Shown: positions 12,346 through 26,798, numbered from the stretch's first letter. The stretch: DNA of 64,000 bases from Octopus vulgaris (GCA_951406725.2 OX597821.1:89156001-89220000), one strand, 5' to 3'. Made by a program: numbers and translations. The notes: generated by a model from the letters alone, not told the origin.

Positions 12346-15300
12346 AATTAATATGTATAAAGTGACAGTGCTTGTGACCTTTGCAGCCAACGGAGGATAG
12401 TGAGGACGGTATCGTTAATTCTTCGCTTAAACTATGGCAGGTCGACTATTGCGAGAAGTCACGTGTAGTAAAGATATTCCTAGAAGTCCTGAATGTTTGG
12501 ATACAATGTGCGAAGAGGTAGAAATACAAGTGTATCAACAGTGTCTGAGGGCTGAAGACACCAGCCGTCTTCGAGAAACAGAGATCATTGTAGCTGTTGT
12601 AAAGACCAGCAGAGTGAGGAAACAGCACAGAGATGAGTTGTGTATATGTCAGTGACTTTATTCCACTGTCATACATTGTGGGGGTTTTCTCTCTGTAGTC
12701 TAGAGTGTCTGTGTGAGTAGGAGTGACATCAAATAGATGTGGAAGCAATTCTCCATTATGGAGTGAGCTTTGTTGAGGTTAGTAGTTAGTAGTTGAGAAA
12801 CTATTGTTTTACGTTTCTTAAGAGAAAGGCCTGTAAAATTAAAGCCTATACTTGTGTTACTTTGATACAGCACAATATTCTACGTTACCTCAATACACTT
12901 AGCAAATATAAGGGATACATTGATAATAGATAGCATTACGTAAAGTAGAATTGTAGCTATGCCTCACTTGCCTACTTTTTGCCATAGAACGTCAATCAAC
13001 ATGGTTCTTAAATTTATTTGATACCAACTTGAATCCTGATTGAATTATACAAAATTGTTTGCTTAAATTGTTTATAATCACGTTAAAAACACCCATCTTG
13101 ACTCTATGAGTCCTTGTATAAACTTACTTATTGTATTGGCTCTCTTGAAATACTTGCTTATTTCAAAATAGGCAGTGTATTTCATAAGAAATATAGTCAA
13201 ATAGTTAAAAGTCTTTGGGGTTTGAGAAAGTATTTGCTTTTATAGAGACCAAAATTACAAAAGTGGCAGAAAACCCTCAAATAAATCAGTAGATCATATA
13301 ATTCCACTAGTAGCCTTGAATCTGTAGCCACTCTCACACGGCTCAGTCAGCATTGCTGTAAATATTTACCACAAGACAGGATAAATGTAAAATTGACAAA
13401 GATATCAGTAGCTTATATGACTAATTTCTATTTTTCGTTTGCGTATAATCAGAAATAAGCAAAAACAACTTGTATGAATATCATGAATTCCAGAATGTGT
13501 TTAATTAGTTTCACATTCAAAATAGTTAATAGAAAATATGATTGACGCATATTTGAGTGCTGATTTAAGCAACTGAAATATGTATTCATATCATTTTTAA
13601 TGAAACCTTTTCAGCTTAATATTGGTCTTCAACAACAAATAATTTTATGTCAGAACATTATGTTTCGCACGTTATCGTTTACTACATACCATTAAAACAC
13701 ACTTCATTCTGCAGGAATATTGATTTTTCGTATCTGCACATGGCCTCTAATAGTACATAGCTGATTAAATTTAACACCAGGAAATATACAGCATCAATTT
13801 TATCGAACTCTGAATGATAAAGGTTTAGGTGATCCTAACTGGCATATGAACTTGGAACAAAGTTTAACGAATCTGAATATTGTAGTTCATTTAGGCAAAC
13901 ACTCCACCGTTCCTACCAACTCCCCTCAAATTCATGCTGTAAGAATATTGAAATGGAAAGATGAATGTAAAGAAATTAGAAACGTCCAGCACAATAAACT
14001 AGACACTAGTTGGACATAAAAGCTTATTAATGCTCTTTGTTAGTCAATATAGAAAAGCAGCGGAAACATAATTGCTAGGTCAGTAAACCTAATGGAAATA
14101 TAGATTAGTATGCATGTTATTATTGAGTTTTATTTAGCACAAAATCTCGGTTAATGTATGCCTGGTTCATTATATTTTGGCAATGGAAACAGGTTTTTAG
14201 TGAAGCATTTGGTTCCTGGTTGTAATTCTCCACAACTTAAATGTTTGAATATTGGAATATCTTTCTGGTTTAGAAGATAGAGTGTATTCTGATATGTAAT
14301 TGGATAAAGCATGGTAACATTGGCTTCTATGAACTGTCACGCTTCATTGATTAAAGTGCTTGACTGAAAATTGAAAGGTCATCAAATCGAATGCTGCTCA
14401 GGCTGGCATGTTATGTCATTGGATGGTCAATGCTCTTTAATTTCTCACTTCTAACCATAGCTTGCTTATTCATTCATTCAATCAGGCATTTTTCTTTTGT
14501 GCCAATTTAATCAATTGCAACACATATATAAGGATGCTGGTGGTTTGGTAGATCTGGTGTATTTGAGTCGGGTGACTGTTGATTAATCTCATTTTCAGCT
14601 GGCTCTTTCATCATAAATACTTGTGCAAGTGGCATTACATCTGAGAAGTTGTAATCTATTGCAGGTGAGATGTGGTAGAGCCTTTATCTACGCTTTCATG
14701 TTAACCATTTTAAAAACACTTAAAAGAAAAATGTTTCCTAAACGCCAAAGAGAATTTAAAGACCAGTGTATGAGTCTTCTTTGACATTATTAAGCCTGAA
14801 AGTTAAATATTTTCCTGGACTGGACACGACACTAGTTAAATTATCAGATAATCTAGTACTTACTCTCGAAAGCTAGACGAGCTGAGGTGTTGTAAACGTA
14901 ACTGTCCTGATGTCACAGAAAACACGATGCATGCAACAAATCTAAACTGAACAACTTTGAACTGACGGTGAAGTATGGTATCTAGCCAAACATTTTTGGA
15001 TATACAGTTGAAAAAGATCACTTTCTCCTTCAGTATACTGCAAGATATTTATTTCGAATTTATACTACCAACCTGATTCCACACTATTCCTCCTGCTTTC
15101 GTACAGCAATTTAAATTGAAACCATTGACATTTGTGTGGGAATTACATCAAAAGTATTCTAGTTACGACTCCTCTCATAAATTTTCTGTACACTGTGCTT
15201 ATTTCATTTCATTTCATTTCATTTCTATATTTAACTTGCTCTATATTTAAACTTTATTTTTCTATTCTAACAAGCTACAATCCCAAATTGCTAAATTCAT

Positions 15301-15462
15301 TGTTAATTAAATGAATTCTGAATGAAGGGAAAGAGATGATATCGACAGAAAGCATTTGTTTCTAACTTATATCAAAAAGTAAAAATTTTGAAAAAAATTA
15401 CTCGAAAAGTTCGGCTTCGCACAGAACATAGTGTCACAAGAAATCGCTCAAGGCATATTTTC

Positions 15463-15502
<40 letters not shown>

Positions 15503-16485
15503 GCTCGCACACACGCACAAACACACACATATATGTATGTATGCATGTATGTATGCATGTATGTATGTATGTATGTATGTATGTATGTATGTATGTATGT
15601 ATGTATGTATGTGTGTATGTATGCATGTATATATTACTGCTGCAATATAATTCAGCCGATAAATTTAGCTGCCAAAGACGGCACTTCGTCGAAGAGAGTT
15701 TTTTTCTTTTTTTTGCTTTACACTATAATGCCAGAACTATGTAACCATTACTACTGATGCCTTAGAAAAAAATCTACGTTTACATTGTACTTGATAGACT
15801 TGACCCATGTTTATACCAAGTTGCAACATACTAAATCACGAAAGAAGACAAAGAAGACAAAAGGTGTGTGAATTGTGGAAAAGAAATCTATCAGGGATTT
15901 TATCTGAACTTTTGTGGTGGTCAACGTTTCTGGGATCAGTTCTGTCTCGGAAAACCGAGCAATCAGATGAGCCAGAAACTATTTTTGTCTAGTCAACAAA
16001 AATTAGGTTCGTAATGTATGATTACATTAAATTGTAAGACTAGTTCGAGATTATAACATTATAATGTTATAACATTGTCGATGATGGCAGTGGCTTCCCG
16101 GAGTTGATAAGTGGCATTCATTTCTTGGAATTTTGGTCGTTTAGAAATCACATTCCATTGATATCAAATGCAAGAGAGGAAGGAAGAAGTGATATTAAAA
16201 TTCCATAAATTAAAATAAACAGGTGCTGACCTTTCTCTGTTGACATGACCGAAAACCATGGAATGGAATTTAGATTTACAATGACATAAATCAATATGGA
16301 CCCCAAATGATGCCATAGTTTGTCTCTGTTATTCCGCAGAATGTGAATATTAAGATAAATTACACCCACACCCTATTATAGATTAATTTCTCTTCCTTCT
16401 CACTCAAGATACCATTTTCAAGTCATGATATTTTTTACAATTCTTATTTCTGGATATAATTTAATTTTATTATTACTGTTATTTG

Positions 16486-16905
16486 GCAGGCAACGAGCTA
16501 GCAGAATCGTTAGCACTCCGGGAAAAATACTAAGCGGCATTTCATCCTACCTTACGATCTGAGTTCAAATTCCGCCTTGGCTGACTTTACCTTTCATACT
16601 CATGGGGTCCATAAAAAAGGTACCAGTTGAGTACTGAGGTCAATGTAATCGACTTACCCCCTCCAATTTTTCAGGCTTTGTGACTTTAATAGAAAGGATT
16701 ATTATTGTTACTTGGAAAGCTGGAAGCTAGAAGAATCGTTACCGCGCCAGACAAAATGTTTGACAGTATTTCGACCACCTTTACATTCTAAGTTTAAATT
16801 CCACCGATGTCGACTTCCCCTTTCATCCTTTCGTGATGTAATCGGTTAGCCCACCCAGCATAAGAAAAATTCAGGCATTGTGTCTACTATAGAAAAGATT
16901 ACTAT
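16486..16905 (+). mobile_element. Two adjacent diverged SINE family B copies (16486-16705, 16718-16905)
   Basis: Each has cagaatcgtt..gttcaaattcc..cctttcat and an atagaaa.gatta tail. Confidence 0.8.
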
Positions 16906-17422
16906 TGTTGTTTGGTTTTACAGAATTGTCCAATCATTCGACAAAAATGGCTGTTACTTGATGAAGATCAGAAAGTTTACATTAGAACAGATTCCGTCGT
17001 TGGCTCCTGGTGGCCATCTAATGGTGTATCTGATGCAGTCTTCATCATCATTATCGTCGCCGCTGCCATCATTATCATCATCATCATCATCAACATCATC
17101 GTCGTCATCGTCGTCATCATCATCCTCACCATCATCATCACCATCATCATTACCATTAACCTCGTCATCGTCGACATCTTCGATGTCCTTGTCACCGTCG
17201 TTTAATGGGTTTTTTTTCTTCCATCCAGATATTAGTTGCATGGAAGCTTTAACGGGTACGTTTCTTTGACCCAGGTACCCTTCTTGAAGCTTCAACTGGC
17301 AATCACTTCGTATGCTGTGCGGTGATAGATTGAAGATAATATAAAATCCTGGTTACAAGTGTTATTTGTATGTATATACGATATTGTATGTACTAGAAAA
17401 TTAGACTACCAACACAACATAG

Positions 17423-17511
<89 letters not shown>

Positions 17512-17525
17512 TGTGTGTGTGTATA

Positions 17526-17703
17526 GGCGTAGGAATGGCTGTGTGGTAAGTAGATTGCTTACCAACCACATGGTTCCAGGTTCAGTCCCACTGCGTGGCA
17601 CTTTGAGCAAGTGTCTTCTACTAGAGCCTCGGGCCGACCAAAGGCTTCTGAATGGACTTGGTAGATGGAAACTGAAAGAAGCCCGTCGTATATATGTATA
17701 TAA

Positions 17704-17764
<61 letters not shown>

Positions 17765-17968
17765 TGTATTTGTGTTTGTCCACCCAACATCGCTTGACAA
17801 CCGATGCTGGTGTGTTTATGTCTCCGTAACTTAGCGGTTCAGCAAAAGACACCGATAGAATAAGTTCTAAGCTTACAAAGAATAAGTCCTGGGGTCGATT
17901 TACCCGACTAAAGACGGTGCTCCAGCATGGCCACATTCAAATGACAGAAACAAGTAAAAGAGTAAAGA
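17526..17968 (+). mobile_element. SINE family A, full length
   Basis: ggcgtaggaatggctgtgtggtaag head (A-box-like), ggttcagtccc (B-box-like), long internal (TG)n, conserved tail. Confidence 0.9.
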
Positions 17969-17984
17969 GAGAGAATATATATAT

Positions 17985-17989
17985 ATACG

Positions 17990-18043
<54 letters not shown>

Positions 18044-18157
18044 AAATAGATAGATGGATAGATAGATAGATAAATAGGTAGATAGATAGGTGGATAAATA
18101 GATAGATAGCTAGATAGATAGACAGAGAGATAGATAGATAGATAGATAGATAGACAA

Positions 18158-18207
<50 letters not shown>

Positions 18208-18216
18208 GGACAGAGG

Positions 18217-18251
<35 letters not shown>

Positions 18252-18310
18252 GGACGGACGGACGGACAGACGGACGGACGGACGGATGGATGGATCGATC
18301 GATCGATAGA
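17985..18310. repeat. Compound TA/GA/GATA/GACA/GACG/GATG microsatellite
   Basis: Directly visible. Confidence 0.95.
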
Positions 18311-18393
18311 TTCAGTAACAGGTAAACAATATTGTGATATGTAGTTGTGCTTTCTTGTTTGTTGCTTCATTAATGTTTATCGTTATACCTACA

Positions 18394-18965
18394 GGCGTAG
18401 GCGTGGCTGCTTGGTAAGAAGCGTCTTTCCCAACCACATGGTTCCGAGTTCAGTCTCACTGCGTGACATCTTGGGCAAGTATCTTCTACTTTAACCTCGG
18501 GCCAACCAAATCTTGGTGAGTGGTTTTGGTCGACGAACCTGAAAGAAGCTTGTCGCATATATTACGCCCACGCACACACACACATGCGTATGTATGCCTT
18601 TGTGTTTGCGTTTGTTCCCCACTCCCAACTTGACGACATTTGTTCATGTGATTACGACCCCGTAACTTAGCAGTTCAGCAAAAGCAAACGGAATAATGCC
18701 AGGCTTATTTGTTCATTTGATTACGACCCCGTAACTTAGCAGTTCAGCAAAAGCAAACAATAGAATAAGTGCCAGGCTTATTTGTTCATTTGATTACGAC
18801 CCCGTAACTTAGCAGTTCAGCAAAAGCAAACAATAGAATAAGTGCCAGGCTTCAAGAAAGCACTTGGGTTGATTCATTCCGACTAAAATTTCTTCAAAGC
18901 GGTGCCCCAGCATGGCCACAATCTAATGACTGAAACAAGTAAAAAATTAAAACAAAATAAAAGAT
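18394..18965 (+). mobile_element. SINE family A, diverged, with an internal triplication of about 72 bp
   Basis: Family A head and tail; the unit tttgttcatttgattacgaccccgtaacttagcagttcagcaaaagc.. occurs three times (18639-18852). Confidence 0.85.
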
Positions 18966-19604
18966 ACAACTTAGTTGGAATTAAGACATCCACCGTCCCA
19001 CCCATCTGCCATTAATTTCTTGTTTACCCCCAAGTCAGCATCACCTCCTACACATTCGCACATCCCCACAAGTTCCCACCCTAACCATCAAGAACAAGGC
19101 TAACAACAATACTCTATTCTTTAATAGGAATATATTTTACATGGGCATAACGCCAGAAATTTATAAGGCAAGGTTCACAGATAATTTCAGTACTTGACTT
19201 ATATCTTATTCTAAATGACCCCGGTGTTTAACATATTTTTCATCTCAGAGCATAAAGAGGCAAACTAATTACCACATGGCATTTTATCCAACATTCTAGC
19301 GATTATGGTAATGCGCCGCCTTCGCTAACAATTTCTATGCATTTAAATTGTAATCACAAGTCTAGACATTCTCACCTAAAACTGGCTGAATCTATGTTGC
19401 TCTAACACTTGGGATGATGCGTTTGTTTGTTTTTTTTTTGCTGTTGATGATGAAGATAAGCGTTGATGAGTAGGAGGAGGAGGAGGAGGTGGAGAAGGTT
19501 GGTGAAGCAGCAAAAAGAAGGAGAAGAAGAATGGTCAGTAATGATGATGATGAAGGTAATGATCACAGTAAATATGAGGAGGAAGAAAGTTGAACCACGA
19601 GAGA

Positions 19605-19632
19605 GTGACGACGATAATGATGATGAGGATGT

Positions 19633-19674
<42 letters not shown>

Positions 19675-19681
19675 CGACGAC

Positions 19682-19733
<52 letters not shown>

Positions 19734-20015
19734 GTGATGACGATGATGACGATGATGATGGTGGTGGTGGTGGTGGTGTTGGTGTTGGTGGTGGTGGTGG
19801 GGGATGATGATGATGATGATGATGATGACGACGACGACGATGATGACGATGGTGATGATGATGATGATGATGTTGGGGATGATGATGATGACGACGACGA
19901 TGATGACGATGGTGATGATGATGATGATGACGATGGTGATGATGATGATGATGATTTTGGTGATGATGATGATGATCATGACGATGATGATGAGGAGGAG
20001 GAGAAGGAGGAGGAG
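19605..20015. repeat. (GAT/GAC/GGT)n microsatellite
   Basis: Directly visible; the source of the poly-D, poly-M and poly-H ORFs. Confidence 0.97.
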
Positions 20016-20307
20016 GACTCTAATAATATTGTTCTGTTTGAGACATTCATTGATAATGATGTTGTTGTTTCGTCTGCTGTTATATATCATCAATTTTTAA
20101 TTACTTCCGTTATGGTTTTATTGCTATTACCATTGTTGTTGTACTTATTATTGCCATTATTGTTGTTGTGGTGGTGGTGGTGGTGGTGGTCTTTTGTTGC
20201 TCTAACTACAATCGTTATTGTTGCCCTCAAAGTTTAGTCTTAGGTTGGCCTTAGTCGAACAGAACTTTACTCATAGACATTCCAATTATAAATAACTATC
20301 CTTCAGT

Positions 20308-20522
20308 ACTGGTTTCAAATTTTGACACAAGGCCAGCAATTTCAGGAGTGGGTATAAGTCGATTACATCGACCCGAGTACTCAACTAGTACTTATTTTAT
20401 CAACCCCGAAAGGATGAAAGGCAAATTCGACTTTGGGGAAATTTGAACCCAAAACGTAAAGACGGCCGAAGTGCCGCTAAGCATTTTGCCTGGCGTTCTG
20501 GTGATTCTCCGTGGCCACCGCC
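20308..20522 (-). mobile_element. SINE family B
   Basis: ccccgaaaggatgaaaggcaaa core on the minus strand; ataactat occurs on both flanks. Confidence 0.82.
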
Positions 20523-20956
20523 TATAACTATTCTGTAATATTAAATAAAACTATTGCATGACCTGTACACCATTATTGAATGACCTTCCTTTCTTTAAGA
20601 TTTTAAGATGTAATTTGAGGGTTAGTTAGCAACTATTTCTAGCAGACCGAGTGACAACGCACAGGCTACTAATTATTGTTACTAGTGCTACATAGTCTAT
20701 TAACAGCTTGGTTGCAGAAGAAGAAGGGCAACATTCCGGACCCTTTGCAGAGTACCTAACACTGGTAAGAGATAGAACATGCAAGTGATTCTTAGCCTAG
20801 AGACTGGCCTGAATCTTTGTAATGGAATGGATTCTATTAGAGATACTCATAGACGAGATAGTGGTGTTAAACCGGGTGCAAGTCAAGCATCTAAGAACAG
20901 GGCTTACTACAGTTGTCTGTCGCGTAATTTAAAGTATGAAATTGCACATGCTGAAA

Positions 20957-20998
<42 letters not shown>

Positions 20999-21155
20999 AA
21001 TATGGATCGTCTATAACAATGTGAAGCGCAAACGTTTATGGGAGAAGCGCAGCAAACCACCACAAGCGACTTCCAAAGCAGTACTTCACCCGAAGAAAGT
21101 TATACTTTCAATTTGGTGGGATTGGAAGAGTATTATATAATTATATAATCAAATA

Positions 21156-21272
21156 GGCGCAGGAGTGGCTGTGTGGTAAGTAGCTTGCTTACCAACCACA
21201 TGCTTCTAGGTTCATTCCCATTGTGTGGCACCTTGAGCAAGTGTCTTCTAATATAGCCTCGGGCCGACCAAA
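21156..21272 (+). mobile_element. SINE family A, 5' half only
   Basis: Matches family A from the head to gggccgaccaaag, then switches abruptly to another repeat. Confidence 0.85.
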
Positions 21273-21350
21273 GTTTTGTTTTGCCGTCCTTGTTTTCTTT
21301 GTGTCGTCTGTCTGGATGTTTTGCTTTCTTGTCCCATTTTGTATATATAC

Positions 21351-21387
<37 letters not shown>

Positions 21388-22018
21388 AATATAAATATCT
21401 AAACATATGTGTACACATATAAATATACAAATATATATATAATAACAATATAATAAATAAAACATATGCATATATACATACATATATGTACATACTTACA
21501 TCTATATGTATATATACTTGCATATATGAGTACAGGACACCACAAATAAACGTAGAACACAACGAGAAACGAAAACATAAAATCAAACAAGGAAACGGAC
21601 TTTTTTAACAACGAAAAAACAGAGTACAGGACAAACAATACAAGGAAAATTCCCCTTCGTCAGCTGCACCTGGTTCGACTCAATGCGTGTTTCGAAGGTA
21701 AGGGCAGAACACGACCCGGCCGAAAAAGTCCTTCCTGCAAAAGGAATTAAATAAAATTCTTTTGCAGAGGGGTAAAACAAGTGACAAGAACAGGACGTAA
21801 AAGCAGTACAAATGAAGAAAAAACAGTACAAATAAAGAATAACAGGACAAGGAATCCAACAATAAGGGCTTTTTTAAAGCCTAGACGGTGGAAAAATTAG
21901 TTAGAACGCATGTGAAAAATCGGCTTGCGAAAGACAGAAGTCGATGTTGGCTTGTTGAAAGCACGTGCAGAAAGAAAGTTTAGTAGCACTCCGGCCAACG
22001 GCCAGAGAGTGGAGGAGG

Positions 22019-22055
<37 letters not shown>

Positions 22056-22199
22056 GAAATCAGAAAGGGTGAGAAATAAGAAGGAGAGAGACAGGTAGAG
22101 AGGAAGACAGACAGGCAGGGAGGAAAGGTCAAGTAAAGAGTAAGAGTGCGCGTCATAATTATTCAAATAAAAACTTACTTTAATTTGCTGTTGGTGTAT

Positions 22200-22236
<37 letters not shown>

Positions 22237-24373
22237 CGTACACACACACACACCCATATAACTTACAGCACAGATACACAGTCATCCAGATACACGCAAG
22301 TTATATTTGAAACATTATTAACCAAATGAGAAATCAACGCAAATTTTCAGAATGCTATACATGCACATACACGCACACATGTATGTGTGTGTGCGTGTGC
22401 ATGTGCATATACTTTTCGTTTGTGCAAATTAACTTTTAAATTGTGTGACAAATAACTAGTAGTTTGAACTTCGTATTCATTCCCTTTCTTTTATTTTTGT
22501 ATCACTAGTGAATCCTGGGTTTGAATTTTTCACAGAGTACGTCTAGGAAGTACAGCATGAGAAATTGCTCAGTTAGACCGTGTTATGGACGTTTCATGAA
22601 TTTAAGGTAATTATTAGTTACGTAAATTAAATTGCATAATAGAGACATATCGTCAAATCGTCAGGGACGCTTTATATACCTAACATTATTGAATTGAAAA
22701 GATTTTAAGACCGTGGAGATGGTGAAGGAACGTCGCTTGCCATCTGAACGGTGTTTGATTCTGTCAACACCTTTTCAAAGTAGTAATGTTACGTCTTAAA
22801 TTTAAACGACTCTGACGACTTGAAAATAAATCTTGCTTATCGAAACGAAAGCTGGGACTACGAAAAATAATTAATATTTTTATTGATAGAAGTGGGTCTT
22901 TAGAGAATCCAAAATACTTAGGTGTCAGTGACTTCACTCTACTCCTACTACTACTATAAAGGGATGCAAGATTTCACAGGCACAGGGAAGAATATGGATG
23001 TTGCACGGACACCGGCTAAACCAAGAAAGAAAGGTCAGGCTTGGTCGAACACCGGTCACGTGGGGAGAGAAGAGAGTGAGGTAGAGACAAAGGGACAGAA
23101 GACATAAGGAAGGGCGAGAAAAAATGACAGGGAGACAGTGAAGTGAAAATAGGGGGGCAAGTGAGAATGAAGAGAAGGCAATGAAATGTAAGAGAGAGGG
23201 GACGAAAAAACGAAAAGTGGAATGAATGAAGTAAGCGTGAAAGGGCTGATAGAAAGAAGGAAAGGATAAAAGAATAGAGTCGTACAAGATTTAGATAAAT
23301 ATATACTTACTTATAACAGACCAACGTATACGTACGCCGCTATACACACACACACACACATACGCATATATATATATATATATATGGAAAAAATATAAAA
23401 TGGGACAAGAACGCAAAGCAACCAGACAGTTAGGTGATACAAGAAAGGGACAACAAAACATCCAGTTAGACGATACAAAGAAAATACGGGTCTTTCGGAG
23501 TTTTATTTTCCTCAGTCGAGTTCTATATTATATACGAATACTATTCTTCCATCTGATCGGCTTGAAAGATTAAGATATTAAGATATTTCCTTAACATGAA
23601 ACCAATGGTAGACTTAATACACAAATAAAGAATTTTTATGCACTGCACCAATGGAGTGTTGAGCACTCATTCTCATTCTTCGAAACATACGTATGTATAA
23701 ATATATGCACTTATAAATGTATATATGTATGCATATATATATGTGTGTGTGTATGTGTACATACATTTGTATATATATATGTATATATATACACATATTT
23801 ATATGTATATATATATGTGAGTGTGTGTGTGTGTGTATGTATATATATATAATCAATATCCTTTATATGTAAATATGATAGCAGATATAAACGGCCTCAG
23901 TTTACACACACTGATCACTCAATTTTGTCTATTTCTGCTGATGGTTTATAGAGATATTTCTTGAATCTTAGACACCTCCGTGTCTGTCACACTTTCTCTC
24001 ACTTTCTCGCTCGCCCACACAGTAGCTCTCCCGATTTCTTTGCATCTCTGTCTCTTCATATAAGATATATAAATATGCGAATATATATGTGTGTGTATGT
24101 ATGTGTGTATGTACGTGCACAGGCGGGGGGTTATATATATGTATAATATATTTATATATATGTGTGCGTGTGTGTTTGTATGCGCGTGCATGTAAATATA
24201 TTTGTATATATAAATATATATATACATATGTATACGCAGATGAACATCAGTATGGACAGTGCGTATACACATACACACCCGACAATCAGATACACATACG
24301 TACTTTCACTTTCATATGCAAGTATACATGTGTGTATGTGTTACGGTGTATTGTTTGTATGTGTATTTCTGAC

Positions 24374-24431
<58 letters not shown>

Positions 24432-25549
24432 ACCAAGGGAAATTCGTAGAAATTCATAGAGAGTGACTTGCAAACGAAAATGTGGACCGTGAAACAGAGA
24501 CATGAAGAATGCCGACACGAAATCTGGGAGATAACAGGGTCTTTTGTTCTTCGACTCTGAAACAATTACAGTGCTAGCTATGTATGATTGGATGTGGCAA
24601 ATGAATTGATAGATAGATGAATAAAATGAATAGATGAATAAATTGATAAATATGAAAATAAATAAGAGAAAGGAGAAAATAATCGTTCATGGCTGGATAA
24701 AATGACAATTGTGTCTAGAACGTTTGATGGATCTTGAAGAAGAAAAAGGGTAAAAAAACGATGATGGTGATGATGATGACAATGATGATGATAGTGGTGG
24801 TGGTGGTGGTGGTGGTGGTGGTTGCGGTGGTGGCGGCGGCGGTGGTGGTGGTGGTGGTGGTGGTGATGCGCATGTGTGGTGTATGTAAGTGTGTGTAAGT
24901 GGGTGCAGAACGATGAATTTAAAGCCAAAAAGCGAAGGAAGCTAGTCATGGTCTGAATGACTAAAATCTAAGTTCAATAAAATGTTCTTTTCGAAATACG
25001 TATAATGTTAGGGGGTTCATGTGCAGAGGAGAGGTATAAAGAGGATGATAAGAGAATTTCAATGATTTGAGAAGGGCTTTTGATTTTCAGGAGACTAGAG
25101 AGAGAGAGAATGGCTGGGGGGTGGAGGCGGAGAAGATAGAAGCAGAAAGTCGAAGACGAAAAGGAAAAGTGTAGGAGGGGATGAACGAGACAATCTAATA
25201 ATGAATAAGACTGTTGATGGCGCGAGATGAAGAAGTGAAAATATGTCAGATGAAATACAGAAGATGGAAGAAAGGAGACAATAATGCGAAAAGGGAGAAT
25301 CGGAGATAAAAACGGATAATTGAAAAAGATTGATATAGTGAGGGCAAGACAATGGGGTCGGAAAGATGAAACTGAAGAGGATGACAATAAAATATTAATA
25401 CAAGAAGATGATGTCAGAAGGGAAGCAGGAAATGGAAGATGGAAGTTGGGGACAGAACTGATTGAAGAAACGAACTCTAGATAAAGAATACAAGAAAATG
25501 GAAGGAACACGTTAATTCTTTATCTAAAGACTAGTATTAATATTTTCCA

Positions 25550-25892
25550 GTTGTATCGTCTGATTTTACGTTCTGAGTTCGCACTTCACCGAGGTTGACT
25601 TTGCCTTTCATTCTTTCGGATTGATAAAATAAGTAGCAGTTGAGCACTAGGGTCGATCTAATCGACCTGCCACCCACCCAAATTGCTGGCATTGTTCCAA
25701 AATTTGAAACCAGTATTTTTTAGTCGCATCGTCCGTCGTTATCTTCAGTGTTCAAATTCCGCCAAGGCTGATTTTGCTTTTCATCCTTTCGGGGTCAATA
25801 AAATAAGTACCAGTTCAACACTGGGGTTGATGTTATCCACTTACAACCTACCCCAAACTTACTGGTCTTGTGCCAAAATTTGAAACCAATAT
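25550..25892 (+). mobile_element. Two tandem 5'-truncated SINE family B bodies
   Basis: Two ttgc.tttcat.ctttcgg cores, each followed by ccaaaatttgaaacca.tatt. Confidence 0.8.
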
Positions 25893-26249
25893 TTTTCTAG
25901 TTGTTCTCTATTGGAATATTTAATAATGGATTCTAAGTAGTAACAAATAGCTATGAGCACTGCTATCCAACTGAGCCGCAACTATTGAAAATAACACCAT
26001 TAAAAGGTGAAGTTTAGGTCTATTTCTTGATATTCTATCGATATTAATTGGTAGTATAAAAGCTTTCAAACTCTTAGCCCCACTAAATCAAGACTTTCAA
26101 ACGTACTTTATAATTATTTCACACCTAAACTTAGTACTATAACGTCATTGCAATCACTAGCCCACTATCTTCGTACCAATCCTCTACGGCTTCAGCTGTA
26201 CATCCGCTTACGTCACATGCTGTATCAATTCTAAGCCCCATAGTACTCT

Positions 26250-26530
26250 CTGCGGTGCCCTCTGGTTAAACAGTTCGTCGCCTGGAGAATTGCTTTCGAG
26301 ATAGACTTCCTCGTGCTCTGAAATGTATTCTATACCAAGACATCACCTGCCATTTCAGTACAGACAACCGTTTTATTAACTGCCTTTTCGTATCAAAAAT
26401 GTTCACCCTCCATAGGATATTCTCTAGACGGCACAAACACACAATATCATATGCTCCGACCCAGAAAATCATGCCCCTAAGTCTAACTGGGAGTCTCCTC
26501 TGCTTTTCTTGTAAATCACTCCTCATCTGA
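26250..26530 (-). mobile_element. Possible L1/Tx1-type LINE ORF2 C-terminal relic
   Basis: ORF 26266-26526 (ENILWRVNIFD..LIKRLSVLKWQVMSWYRIHFRARGSLSRKQFSRR) loosely resembles Tx1 C-termini (IW..R....F...W). Resemblance only. Confidence 0.3.
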
Positions 26531-26726
26531 TTTTATGTATGTATGTTTTGCTAATTACTTTCTCTAAAATACGTTTACCTTTATTTTTTTTACGTTTACG
26601 TTTCATATATTTGCTGCAGTCGTATTCAGTTTCATTTTACTATACTTATAATACTAATGTGGATGCACAAATAAATACACGGATGTTAGTATTATAGTTT
26701 CTACTCTCCATGTCTTTGTGTAACCC

Positions 26727-26793
<67 letters not shown>

Positions 26794-26798
<5 letters not shown>

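Noticed and set aside
18639-18852. Regularly spaced repeats suggesting a CRISPR array (also 50263-50810)
   Set aside because: The units are contiguous tandem copies of SINE sequence without unique spacers; eukaryotic context and no cas genes.
24974-25510. 178-aa F/S/L-rich ORF resembling a membrane protein
   Set aside because: Antisense of a purine-rich low-complexity stretch; compositional artefact with no domain motif.
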